Origin: the human T2T-CHM13v2.0 reference genome, Homo sapiens
DNA: 64,000 bases
Assembly: GCF_009914755.1 (NCBI RefSeq)
Contig: NC_060925.1
Strand: one strand, 5' to 3'
The notes below the pieces were generated by a model, which was given only the letters and a program-made list of their open reading frames with translations, was not told where the DNA came from and searched no databases. Position numbers and translations under genes: made by a program. Numbering within the stretch: the stretch's first letter is position 1; every line of letters begins with the position of its first letter. Shown here piece by piece: positions 44,001 to 59,300 of the stretch.

Positions 44001-47000
44001 AATCGAATGGAATCATCATCAGATGGAAATGAATGGAATCGTCATAGAATGGAATCGAATGGATTCATTGAATGGAATCAGATGGAATCATCGAATGGAC
44101 TGGAATGGAATCATTGAATGGAGTCGAAAGGGATCATTATTGAATGGAATTGAATGGAATCATCGAATGGTCTCGATTGGAATCATTATCAAATGGAATC
44201 GAATGGAATCACCGAATAGAATCGAATGGAACAATCATCGAATGGACTCAAATGGAATTATCCTCCAATGGAATCGAATGGAATTATCGAATGCAATCGA
44301 ATGGAATTATCGAATGCAATCGAATAGAATCATCGAATGGACTCGAATGGAATCATCGAATGGAATGGAATGGAACAGTCAATGAACTCGAATGGAATCA
44401 TCATTGAATGGAATCGAATGGAATCATCGAGTGGAATCGAATGGAATTATGATCAAATGGAATCGAATGTAATCATCATCAAATGGAATCAAAAATAACC
44501 ATCATCAATTGGTATTGAATGGAATTGTCATCAAATGGAATTCAAAGGAATCATCATCAAATGGAACCGAATGGAATCCTCATTGAATGGAAATGAAAGG
44601 GGTCATCATCTAATGGAATCGCATGGAATCATCATCAAATGGAATCGAATGGAATCATCATCAAATGGAATCTAATGGAATCATTGAACAGAATTGAATG
44701 GAATCGTCATCGAATGAATTGAATGCAATCATCGAATGGTCTCGAATGGAATCATCTTCTAATGGAAAGGAATGGAATCATCGCATAGAATCGAATGGAA
44801 TTATCATCGAATGGAATCGAATGGTATCAACACCAAACGGAAAAAAACGGAATTATCGAATGGAATCGAAGAGAATCTTCGAACGGACCCGAATGGAATC
44901 ATCTAATGGAATGGAATGGAATAATCCATGGACTCGAATGCAATCATCATCGAATGGAATCGAATGGAATCATCGAATGGACTCGAATGGAATAATCATT
45001 GAACGGAATCGATTGGAATCATCATCGGATGGAAACGAATGGAATCATCATCGAATGGCAATGAAAGGAGTCATCATCTAATGGAATTGCATGGAATCAT
45101 CATAAAATGGAATCGAATGGAATCAACATCAAATGGAATCAAATGGAATCATTGAACGGAATTGAATGGAATCGTCATCGAATGAATTGACTGCAATCAT
45201 CCAATGGTCTCGAATGGAATCATCTTCAAATGGAATGGAATGGAATCATCGCATAGAATCGAATGGAATTATCATCGAATGGAATCGAATGGAATCAACA
45301 TCAAACGGAAAAAAACGGAATTATCGAATGGAATCGAAGAGAATCATCGAATGGACCCGAATGGAATCATCTAATGGAATGGAATGGAATAATCCATGGA
45401 CTCAAATGCAATCATCATCGAATGGAATCGAATGGAATCATCGAATGGACTCGAATGGAATAATCATTGAACGGAATCGGATGGAATCAACATCGGATGG
45501 AAATGAATGGAATCATCATCGAATGGAATCGAATAGAATTATGGAATGAAATCCAGTGTGATCATCATCGAATGGACCCGAATGGAATCATCATCCAACG
45601 GAAGCTAATGGAATCAACATCGAATGAATCAAATGGAAACACCATCGAATTGAAACGAATGGAATTATCATGAAATTGAAATGGATGGACTCATCATCGA
45701 ATGGATTCGAATGGAATCATCGAATAAAATTGATTGAAATCATCATCGAATGGAATCGAATGGTATCATTGAATGGAATCGAATGGAATCATCATCAGAT
45801 GGAAATGAATGGAATCGTCATAGAATGGAATCGAATGGATTCATTGAATGGAATCAGATGGAATCATCGAATGGACTGGAATGGAATCATTGAATGGACT
45901 CGAAAGGGATCATGATTGAATGGAATTGAATGGAATCATCGAATGGTCTCGATTGGAATCATTATCAAATGGAATCGAATGGAATCACCGAATAGAATCG
46001 AATGGAACAATCATCGAATGGACTCAAATGGAATTATCCTCCAATGGAATCGAATGGAATTATCGAATGCAATCGAATGGAATTATCGAATGCAATCGAA
46101 TAGAATCATCGAATGGACTCGAATGGAATCATCGAATGGAATGGAATGGAACAGTCAATGAACTCGAATGGAATCATCATTGAATGGAATCGAATGGAAT
46201 CATCGAGTGGAATCGAATGGAATTATGATCAAATGGAATCGAATGTAATCATCATCAAATGGAATCAAAAATAACCATCATCAATTGGTATTGAATGGAA
46301 TTGTCATCAAATGGAATTCAAAGGAATCATCATCAAATGGAACCGAATGGAATCCTCATTGAATGGAAATGAAAGGGGTCATCATCTAATGGAATCGCAT
46401 GGAATCATCATCAAATGGAATCGAATGGAAACATCATCAAATGGAATCTAATGGAATCATTGAACAGAATTGAATGGAATGGTCATCGAATGAATTGAAT
46501 GCAATCATCGAATGGTCTCGAATGGAATCATCTTCTAATGGAAAGGAATGGAATCATCGCATAGAATCGAATGGAATTATCATCGAATGGAATCGAATGG
46601 TATCAACACCAAACGGAAAAAAACGGAATTATCGAATGGAATCGAAGAGAATCTTCGAACGGACCCGAATGGAATCATCTAATGGAATGGAATGGAATAA
46701 TCCATGGACTCGAATGCAATCATCATCGAATGGAATCGAATGGAATCATCGAATGGACTCGAATGGAATAATCATTGAACGGAATCGAATGGAATCATCA
46801 TCGGATGGAAACGAATGGAATCATCATCGAATGGAAATGAAAGGAGTCATCATCTAATGGAATTGCATGGAATCATCATAAAATGGAATCGAATGGAATC
46901 AACATCAAATGGAATCAAATGGAATCATTGAACGGAATTGAATGGAATCGTCATCGAATGAATTGACTGCAATCATCCAATGGTCTCGAATGGAATCATC

Positions 47001-47399
47001 TTCAAATGGAATGGAATGGAATCATCGCATAGAATCGAATGGAATTATCATCGAATGGAATCGAATGGAATCAACATCAAACGGAAAAAAACGGAATTAT
47101 CGAATGGAATCGAAGAGAATCATCGAATGGACCCGAATGGAATCAACTAATGGAATGGAATGGAATAATCCATGGACTCGAATGCAATCATCATCGAATG
47201 GAATCGAATGGAATCATCGAATGGACTCGAATGGAATAATCATTGAACGGAATCGAATGGAATCATCATCGGATGGAAATGAATGGAATCATCATCGAAT
47301 GGAATCGAATAGAATTATGGAATGAAATCCAGTGTGATCATCATCGAATGGACCCGAATGGAATCATCATCCAACGGAAGCTAATGGAATCAACATCGA

Positions 47400-50300
47400 A
47401 TGAATCGAATGGAAACACCATCGAATTGAAACGAATGGAATTGTCATGAAATTGAAATGGATGGACTCATCATCGAATGGATTCGAATGGAATCATCGAA
47501 TAAAATTGATTGAAATCATCATCCAATGGAATCGAATGGTATCATTGAATGGAATCGAATGGAATCATCATCAGATGGAAATGAATGGAATCGTCATAGA
47601 ATGGAATCGAATGGATTCATTGAATGGAATCAGATGGAATCATCGAATGGACTGGAATGGAATCATTGAATGGACACGAAAGGGATCATTATTGAATGGA
47701 ATTGAATGGAAGCATCGAATGGTCTCGATTGGAATCATTATCAAATGGAATCGAATGGAATCACCGAATAGAATCGAATGGAACAATCATCGAATGGACT
47801 CAAATGGAATTATCCTCCAATGGAATCGAATGGAATTATCGAATGCAATCGAATGGAATTATCGAATGCAATCGAATGGAATTATCGAATGCAATCGAAT
47901 AGAATCATCGAATGGACTCGAATGGAATCATCGAATGGAATGGAATGGAACAGTCAATGAACTCGAATGGAATCATCATTGAATGGAATCGAATGGAATC
48001 ATCGAGTGGAATCGAATGGAATTATGATCAAATGGAATCGAATGTAATCATCATCAAATGGAATCAAAAATAACCATCATCAATTGGTATTGAATGGAAT
48101 TGTCATCAAATGGAATTCAAAGGAATCATCATCAAATGGAACCGAATGGAATCCTCATTGAATGGAAATGAAAGGGGTCATCATCTAATGGAATCGCATG
48201 GAATCATCATCAAATGGAATCGAATGGAATCATCATCAAATGGAATCTAATGGAATCATTGAACAGAATTGAATGGAATCGTCATCGAATGAATTGAATG
48301 CAATCATCGAATGGTCTCGAATGGAATCATCTTCTAATGGAAAGGAATGGAATCATCGCATAGAATCGAATGGAATTATCATCGAATGGAATCGAATGGT
48401 ATCAACACCAAACGGAAAAAAACGGAATTATCGAACGGAATCGAAGAGAATCTTCGAACGGACCCGAATGGAATCATCTAATGGAATGGAATGGAATAGT
48501 CCATGGACTCGAATGCAATCATCATCGAATGGAATCGAATGGAATCATCGAATGGACTCGAATGGAATAATCATTGAACGGAATCGAATGGAATCATCAT
48601 CGGATGGAAACGAATGGAATCATCATCGAATGGAAATGAAAGGAGTCATCATCTAATGGAATTGCATGGAATCATCATAAAATGGAATCGAATGGAATCA
48701 ACATCAAATGGAATCAAATGGAATCATTGAACGGAATTGAATGGAATCGTCATCGAATGAATTGACTGCAATCATCGAATGGTCTCGAATGGAATCATCT
48801 TCAAGTGGAATGGAATGGAATCATCGCATAGAATCGAATGGAATTATCATCGAATGGAATCGAATGGAATCAACATCAAACGGAAAAAAACGGAATTATC
48901 GAATGGAATCGAAGAGAATCATCGAATGGACCCGAATGGAATCATCTAATGGAATGGAATGGAATAATCCATGGACTCGAATGCAATCATCATCGAATGG
49001 AATCGAATGGAATCATCGAATGGACTCGAATGGAATAATCATTGAACGGAATAGAATGGAATCATCATCGGATGGAAATGAATGGAATCATCATCTAATG
49101 GAATCGAATAGAATTATGGAATGAAATCCAGTGTGATCATCATCGAATGGACCCGAATGGAATCATCATCCAACGGAAGCTAATGGAATCAACATCGAAT
49201 GAATCAAATGGAAACACCATCGAATTGAAACGAATGGAATTATCATGAAATTGAAATGGATGGACTCATCATCGAATGGATTCGAATGGAATCATCGAAT
49301 AAAATTGATTGAAATCATCATCGAATGGAATCGAATGGTATCATTGAATGGAATCGAATGGAATCATCATCAGATGGAAATGAATGGAATCGTCATAGAA
49401 TGGAATCGAATGGATTCATTGAATGGAATCAGATGGAATCATCGAATGGACTGGAATGGAATCATTGAATGGACTCGAAAGGGATCATGATTGAATGGAA
49501 TTGAATGGAATCATCGAATGGTCTCGATTGGAATCATTATCAAATGGAATCGAATGGAATCACCGAATAGAATCGAATGGAACAATCATCGAATGGACTC
49601 AAATGGAATTATCCTCCAATGGAATCGAATGGAATTATCGAATGCAATCGAATGGAATTATCGAATGCAATCGAATAGAATCATCGAATGGACTCGAATG
49701 GAATCATCGAATGGAATGGAATGGAACAGTCAATGAACTCGAATGGAATCATCATTGAATCTAATCGAATGGAATCATCGAGAGGAATCGAATGGAATTA
49801 TGATCAAATGGAATCGAATGTAATCATCATCAAATGGAATCAAAAATAACCATCATCAATTGGTATTGAATGGAATTGTCATCAAATGGAATTCAAAGGA
49901 ATCATCATCAAATGGAACCGAATGGAATCCTCATTGAATGGAAATGAAAGGGGTCATCATCTAATGGAATCGCATGGAATCATCATCAAATGGAATCGAA
50001 AGGAATCATCATCAAATGGAATCTAATGGAATCATTGAACAGAATTGAATGGAATCGTCATCGAATGAATTGAATGCAATCATCGAATGGTCTCGAATGG
50101 AATCATCTTCTAATGGAAAGGAATGGAATCATCGCATAGAATCGAATGGAATTATCATCGAATGGAATCGAATGGTATCAACACCAAACGGAAAAAAACG
50201 GAATTATCGAATGGAATCGAAGAGAATCTTCGAACGGACCCGAATGGAATCATCTAATGGAATGGAATGGAATAATCCATGGACTCGAATGCAATCATCA

Positions 50301-53300
50301 TCGAATGGAATCGAATGGAATCATCGAATGGACTCGAATGGAATAATCGTTGAACGGAATCGAATGGAATCATCATCGGATGGAAACGAATGGAATCATC
50401 ATCGAATGGAAATGAAAGGAGTCATCATCTAATGGAATTGCATGGAATCATCATCAAATGGAATCGAATGGAATCAACATCAAATGGAATCAAATGGAAT
50501 CATTGAACGGAATTGAATGGAATCGTCATCGAATGAATTGACTGCAATCATCGAATGGTCTCGAATGGAATCATCTTCAAATGGAATGGAATGGAATCAT
50601 CGCATAGAATCGAATGGAATTATCATCGAATGGAATCGAATGGAATCAACATCAAACGGAAAAAAACGGAATTATCGAATGGAATCGAAGAGAATCATCG
50701 AATGGACCCGAATGGAATCATCTAATGGAATGGAATGGAATAATCCATGGACTCGAATGCAATCATCATCGAATGGAATCGAATGGAATCATCGAATGGA
50801 CTCGAATGGAATAATCATTGAACGGAATCGAATGGAATCATCATCGGATGGAAATGAATGGAATCATCATCGAATGGAATCGAATAGAATTATGGAATGA
50901 AATCCAGTGTGATCATCATCGAATGGACCCGAATGGAATCATCATCCAACGGAAGCTAATGGAATCAACATCGAATGAATCGAATGGAAACACCATCGAA
51001 TTGAAACGAATGGAATTATCATGAAATTGAAATGGATGGACTCATCATCGAATGGATTCGAATGGAATCATCGAATAAAATTGATTGAAATCATCATCCA
51101 ATGGAATCGAATGGTATCATTGAATGGAATCGAATGGAATCATCATCAGATGGAAATGAATGGAATCGTCATAGAATGGAATCGAATGGATTCATTGAAT
51201 GGAATCAGATGGAATCATCGAATGGACTGGAATGGAATCATTGAATGGACTCGAAAGGGATCATGATTGAATGGAATTGAATGGAATCATCGAATGGTCT
51301 CGATTGGAATCATTATCAAATGGAATCGAATGGAATCACCGAATAGAATCGAATGGAACAATCATCGAATGGACTCAAATGGAATTATCCTCAAATGGAA
51401 TCGAATGGAATTATCGAATGCAATCGAATGGAATTATCGAATGCAATCGAATAGAATCATCGAATGGACTCGAATGGAATCATCGAATGGAATGGAATGG
51501 AACAGTCAATGAACTCGAATGGAATCATCATTGAATGGAATCGAATGGAATCATCGAGTGGAATCGAATGGAATTATGATCAAATGGAATCGAATGTAAT
51601 CCTCATCAAATGGAATCAAAAATAACCATCATCAATTGGTATTGAATGGAATTGTCATCAAATGGAATTCAAAGGAATCATCATCAAATGGAACCGAATG
51701 GAATCCTCATTGAATGGAAATGAAAGGGGTCATCATCTAATGGAATCGCATGGAATCATCATCAAATGGAATCGAATGGAATCATCATCAAATGGAATCT
51801 AATGGAATTATTGAACAGAATTGAATGGAATCGTCATCGAATGAATTGAATGCAATCATCGAATGGTCTCGAATGGAATCATCTTCTAATGGAAAGGAAT
51901 GGAATCATCGCATAGAATCGAATGGAATTATCATCGAATGGAATCGAATGGTATCAACACCAAACGGAAAAAAACGGAATTATCGAATGGAATCGAAGAG
52001 AATCTTCGAACGGACCCGAATGGAATCATCTAATGGAATGGAATGGAATAATCCATGGACTCGAATGCAATCATCATCGAATGGAATGGAATGGAATCAT
52101 CGAATGGACTCGAATGGAATAATCATTGAACGGAATCGAATGGAATCATCATCGGATGGAAACGAATGGAATCATCATCGAATGGAAATGAAAGGAGTCA
52201 TCATCTAATGGAATTGCATGGAATCATCATCAAATGGAATCGAATGGAATCAACATCAAATGGAATCAAATGGAATCATTGAACGGAATTGAATGGAATC
52301 GTCATCGAATGAATTGACTGCAATCATCGAATGGTCTCGAATGGAATCATCTTCAAATGGAATGGAATGGAATCATCGCATAGAATCGAATGGAATTATC
52401 ATCGAATGGAATCGAATGGAATCAACATCAAACGGAAAAAAACGGAATTATCGAATGGAATCGAAGAGAATCATCGAATGGACCCGAATGGAATCATCTA
52501 ATGGAATGGAATGGAATAATCCATGGACTCGAATGCAATCATCATCGAATGGAATCGAATGGAATCATCGAATGGACTCGAATGGAATAATCATTGAACG
52601 GAATCGAATGGAATCATCATCGGATGGAAATGAATGGAATCATCATCGAATGGAATCGAATAGAATTATGGAATGAAATCCAGTGTGATCATCATCGAAT
52701 GGACCCGAATGGAATCATCATCCAACGGAAGCTAATGGAATCAACATCGAATGAATCGAATGGAAACACCATCGAATTGAAACGAATGGAATTGTCATGA
52801 AATTGAAATGGATGGACTCATCATCGAATGGATTCGAATGGAATCATCGAATAAAATTGATTGAAATCATCATCCAATGGAATCGAATGGTATCATTGAA
52901 TGGAATCGAATGGAATCATCATCAGATGGAAATGAATGGAATCGTCATAGAATGGAATCGAATGGATTCATTGAATGGAATCAGATGGAATCATCGAATG
53001 GACTGGAATGGAATCATTGAATGGACACGAAAGGGATCATTATTGAATGGAATTGAATGGAAGCATCGAATGGTCTCGATTGGAATCATTATCAAATGGA
53101 ATCGAATGGAATCACCGAATAGAATCGAATGGAACAATCATCGAATGGACTCAAATGGAATTATCCTCCAATGCAATCGAATGGAATTATCGAATGCAAT
53201 CGAATGGAATTATCGAATGCAATCGAATAGAATCATCGAATGGACTCGAATGGAATCATCGAATGGAATGGAATGGAACAGTCAATGAACTCGAATGGAA

Positions 53301-56300
53301 TCATCATTGAATGGAATCGAATGGAATCATCGGGTGGAATCGAATGGAATTATGATCAAATGGAATCGAATGTAATCATCATCAAATGGAATCAAAAATA
53401 ACCATCATCAATTGGTATTGAATGGAATTGTCATCAAATGGAATTCAAAGGAATCATCATCAAATGGAACCGAATGGAATCCTCATTGAATGGAAATGAA
53501 AGGGGTCATCATCTAATGGAATCGCATGGAATCATCATCAAATGGAATCGAATGGAATCATCATCAAATGGAATCTAATGGAATCATTGAACAGAATTGA
53601 ATGGAATCGTCATCGAATGAATTGAATGCAATCATCGAATGGTCTCGAATGGAATCATCTTCTAATGGAAAGGAATGGAATCATCGCATAGAATCGAATG
53701 GAATTATCATCGAATGGAATCGAATGGTATCAACACCAAACGGAAAAAAACGGAATTATCGAATGGAATCGAAGAGAATCTTCGAACGGACCCGAATGGA
53801 ATCATCTAATGGAATGGAATGGAATAGTCCATGGACTCGAATGCAATCATCATCGAATGGAATCGAATGGAATCATCGAATGGACTCGAATGGAATAATC
53901 ATTGAACGGAATCGAATGGAATCATCATCGGATGGAAACGAATGGAATCATCATCGAATGGAAATGAAAGGAGTCATCATCTAATGGAATTGCATGGAAT
54001 CATCATAAAATGGAATCGAATGGAATCAACATCAAATGGAATCAAATGGAATCATTGAACGGAATTGAATGGAATCGTCATCGAATGAATTGACTGCAAT
54101 CATCGAATGGTCTCGAATGGAATCATCTTCAAGTGGAATGGAATGGAATCATCGCATAGAATCGAATGGAATTATCATCGAATGGAATCGAATGGAATCA
54201 ACATCAAACGGAAAAAAACGGAATTATCGAATGGAATCGAAGAGAATCATCGAATGGACCCGAATGGAATCATCTAATGGAATGGAATGGAATAATCCAT
54301 GGACTCGAATGCAATCATCATCGAATGGAATCGAATGGAATCATCGAATGGACTCGAATGGAATAATCATTGAACGGAATCGAATGGAATCATCATCGGA
54401 TGGAAATGAATGGAATCATCATCGAATGGAATCGAATAGAATTATGGAATGAAATCCAGTGTGATCATCATCGAATGGACCCGAATGGAATCATCATCCA
54501 ACGGAAGCTAATGGAATCAACATCGAATGAATCAAATGGAAACACCATCGAATTGAAACGAATGGAATTATCATGAAATTGAAATGGATGGACTCATCAT
54601 CGAATGGATTCGAATGGAATCATCGAATAAAATTGATTGAAATCATCATCGAATGGAATCGAATGGTATCATTGAATGGAATCGAATGGAATCATCATCA
54701 GATGGAAATGAATGGAATCGTCATAGAATGGAATCGAATGGATTCATTGAATGGAATCAGATGGAATCATCGAATGGACTGGAATGGAATCATTGAATGG
54801 ACTCGAAAGGGATCATGATTGAATGGAATTGAATGGAATCATCGAATGGTCTCGATTGGAATCATTATCAAATGGAATCGAATGGAATCACCGAATAGAA
54901 TCGAATGGAACAATCATCGAATGGACTCAAATGGAATTATCCTCCAATGGAATCGAATGGAATTATCGAATGCAATCGAATGGAATTATCGAATGCAATC
55001 GAATAGAATCATCGAATGGACTCGAATGGAATCATCGAATGGAATGGAATGGAACAGTCAATGAACTCGAATGGAATCATCATTGAATGGAATCGAATGG
55101 AATCATCGAGAGGAATCGAATGGAATTATGATCAAATGGAATCGAATGTAATCATCATCAAATGGAATCAAAAATAACCATCATCAATTGGTATTGAATG
55201 GAATTGTCATCAAATGGAATTCAAAGGAATCATCATCAAATGGAACCGAATGGAATCCTCATTGAATGGAAATGAAAGGGGTCATCATCTAATGGAATCG
55301 CATGGAATCATCATCAAATGGAATCGAAAGGAATCATCATCAAATGGAATCTAATGGAATCATTGAACAGAATTGAATGGAATCGTCATCGAATGAATTG
55401 AATGCAATCATCGAATGGTCTCGAATGGAATCATCTTCTAATGGAAAGGAATGGAATCATCGCATAGAATCGAATGGAATTATCATCGAATGGAATCGAA
55501 TGGTATCAACACCAAACGGAAAAAAACGGAATTATCGAATGGAATCGAAGAGAATCTTCGAACGGACCCGAATGGAATCATCTAATGGAATGGAATGGAA
55601 TAATCCATGGACTCGAATGCAATCATCATCGAATGGAATCGAATGGAATCATCGAATGGACTCGAATGGAATAATCGTTGAACGGAATCGAATGGAATCA
55701 TCATCGGATGGAAACGAATGGAATCATCATCGAATGGAAATGAAAGGAGTCATCATCTAATGGAATTGCATGGAATCATCATCAAATGGAATCGAATGGA
55801 ATCAACATCAAATGGAATCAAATGGAATCATTGAACGGAATTGAATGGAATCGTCATCGAATGAATTGAATGCAATCATCGAATGGTCTCGAATGGAATC
55901 ATCTTCAAATGGAATGGAATGGAATCATCGCATAGAATCGAATGGAATTATCATCGAATGGAATCGAATGGAATCAACATCAAACGGAAAAAAACGGAAT
56001 TATCGAATGGAATCGAAGAGAATCATCGAATGGACCCGAATGGAATCATCTAATGGAATGGAATGGAATAATCCATGGACTCGAATGCAATCATCATCGA
56101 ATGGAATCGAATGGAATCATCGAATGGACTCGAATGGAATAATCATTGAACGGAATCGAATGGAATCATCATCGGATGGAAATGAATGGAATCATCATCG
56201 AATGGAATCGAATAGAATTATGGAATGAAATCCAGTGTGATCATCATCGAATGGACCCGAATGGAATCATCATCCAACGGAAGCTAATGGAATCAACATC

Positions 56301-59300
56301 GAATGAATCGAATGGAAACACCATCGAATTGAAACGAATGGAATTATCATGAAATTGAAATGGATGGACTCATCATCGAATGGATTCGAATGGAATCATC
56401 GAATAAAATTGATTGAAATCATCATCCAATGGAATCGAATGGTATCATTGAATGGAATCGAATGGAATCATCATCAGATGGAAATGAATGGAATCGTCAT
56501 AGAATGGAATCGAATGGATTCATTGAATGGAATCAGATGGAATCATCGAATGGACTGGAATGGAATCATTGAATGGACTCGAAAGGGATCATTATTGAAT
56601 GGAATTGAATGGAATCATCGAATGGTCTCGATTGGAATCATTATCAAATGGAATCGAATGGAATCACCGAATAGAATCGAATGGAACAATCATCGAATGG
56701 ACTCAAATGGAATTATCCTCAAATGGAATCGAATGGAATTATCGAATGCAATCGAATGGAATTATCGAATGCAATCGAATAGAATCATCGAATGGACTCG
56801 AATGGAATCATCGAATGGAATGGAATGGAACAGTCAATGAACTCGAATGGAATCATCATTGAATGGAATCGAATGGAATCATCGAGTGGAATCGAATGGA
56901 ATTATGATCAAATGGAATCGAATGTAATCATCATCAAATGGAATCAAAAATAACCATCATCAATTGGTATTGAATGGAATTGTCATCAAATGGAATTCAA
57001 AGGAATCATCATCAAATGGAACCGAATGGAATCCTCATTGAATGGAAATGAAAGGGGTCATCATCTAATGGAATCGCATGGAATCATCATCAAATGGAAT
57101 CGAATGGAATCATCATCAAATGGAATCTAATGGAATTATTGAACAGAATTGAATGGAATCGTCATCGCATGAATTGAATGCAATCATCGAATGGTCTCGA
57201 ATGGAATCATCTTCTAATGGAAAGGAATGGAATCATTGCATAGAATCGAATGGAATTATCATCGAATGGAATCGAATGGTATCAACACCAAACGGAAAAA
57301 AACGGAATTATCGAATGGAATCGAAGAGAATCTTCGAACGGACCCGAATGGAATCATCTAATGGAATGGAATGGAATAATCCATGGACTCGAATGCAATC
57401 ATCATCGAATGGAATGGAATGGAATCATCGAATGGACTCGAATGGAATAATCATTGAACGGAATCGAATGGAATCATCATCGGATGGAAACGAATGGAAT
57501 CATTATCGAATGGAAATGAAAGGAGTCATCATCTAATGGAATTGCATGGAATCATCATCAAATGGAATCGAATGGAATCAACATCAAATGGAATCAAATG
57601 GAATCATTGAACGGAATTGAATGGAATCGTCATCGAATGAATTGACTGCAATCATCCAATGGTCTCGAATGGAATCATCTTCAAATGGAATGGAATGGAA
57701 TCATCGCATAGAATCGAATGGAATTATCATCGAATGGAATCGAATGGAATCAACATCAAACGGAAAAAAACGGAATTATCGAATGGAATCGAAGAGAATC
57801 ATCGAATGGACCCGAATGGAATCATCTAATGGAATGGAATGGAATAATCCATGGACTCGAATGCAATCATCATCGAATGGAATCGAATGGAATCATCGAA
57901 TGGACTCGAATGGAATAATCATTGAACGGAATCGAATGGAATCATCATCGGATGGAAATGAATGGAATCATCATCGAATGGAATCGAATAGAATTATGGA
58001 ATGAAATCCAGTGTGATCATCATCGAATGGACCCGAATGGAATCATCATCCAACGGAAGCTAATGGAATCAACATCGAATGAATCGAATGGAAACACCAT
58101 CGAATTGAAACGAATGGAATTGTCATGAAATTGAAATGGATGGACTCATCATCGAATGGATTCGAATGGAATCATCGAATAAAATTGATTGAAATCATCA
58201 TCCAATGGAATCGAATGGTATCATTGAATGGAATCGAATGGAATCATCATCAGATGGAAATGAATGGAATCGTCATAGAATGGAATCGAATGGATTCATT
58301 GAATGGAATCAGATGGAATCATCGAATGGACTGGAATGGAATCATTGAATGGACACGAAAGGGATCATTATTGAATGGAATTGAATGGAAGCATCGAATG
58401 GTCTCGATTGGAATCATTATCAAATGGAATCGAATGGAATCACCGAATAGAATCGAATGGAACAATCATCGAATGGACTCAAATGGAATTATCCTCCAAT
58501 GGAATCGAATGGAATTATCGAATGCAATCGAATGGAATTATCGAATGCAATCGAATAGAATCATCGAATGGACTCGAATGGAATCATCGAATGGAATGGA
58601 ATGGAACAGTCAATGAACTCGAATGGAATCATCATTGAATGGAATCGAATGGAATCATCGAGTGGAATCGAATGGAATTATGATCAAATGGAATCGAATG
58701 TAATCATCATCAAATGGAATCAAAAATAACCATCATCAATTGGTATTGAATGGAATTGTCATCAAATGGAATTCAAAGGAATCATCATCAAATGGAACCG
58801 AATGGAATCCTCATTGAATGGAAATGAAAGGGGTCATCATCTAATGGAATCGCATGGAATCATCATCAAATGGAATCGAATGGAATCATCATCAAATGGA
58901 ATCTAATGGAATCATTGAACAGAATTGAATGGAATCGTCATCGAATGAATTGAATGCAATCATCGAATGGTCTCGAATGGAATCATCTTCTAATGGAAAG
59001 GAATGGAATCATCGCATAGAATCGAATGGAATTATCATCGAATGGAATCGAATGGTATCAACACCAAACGGAAAAAAACGGAATTATCGAATGGAATCGA
59101 AGAGAATCTTCGAACGGACCCGAATGGAATCATCTAATGGAATGGAATGGAATAGTCCATGGACTCGAATGCAATCATCATCGAATGGAATCGAATGGAA
59201 TCATCGAATGGACTCGAATGGAATAATCATTGAACGGAATCGAATGGAATCATCATCGGATGGAAACGAATGGAATCATCATCGAATGGAAATGAAAGGA

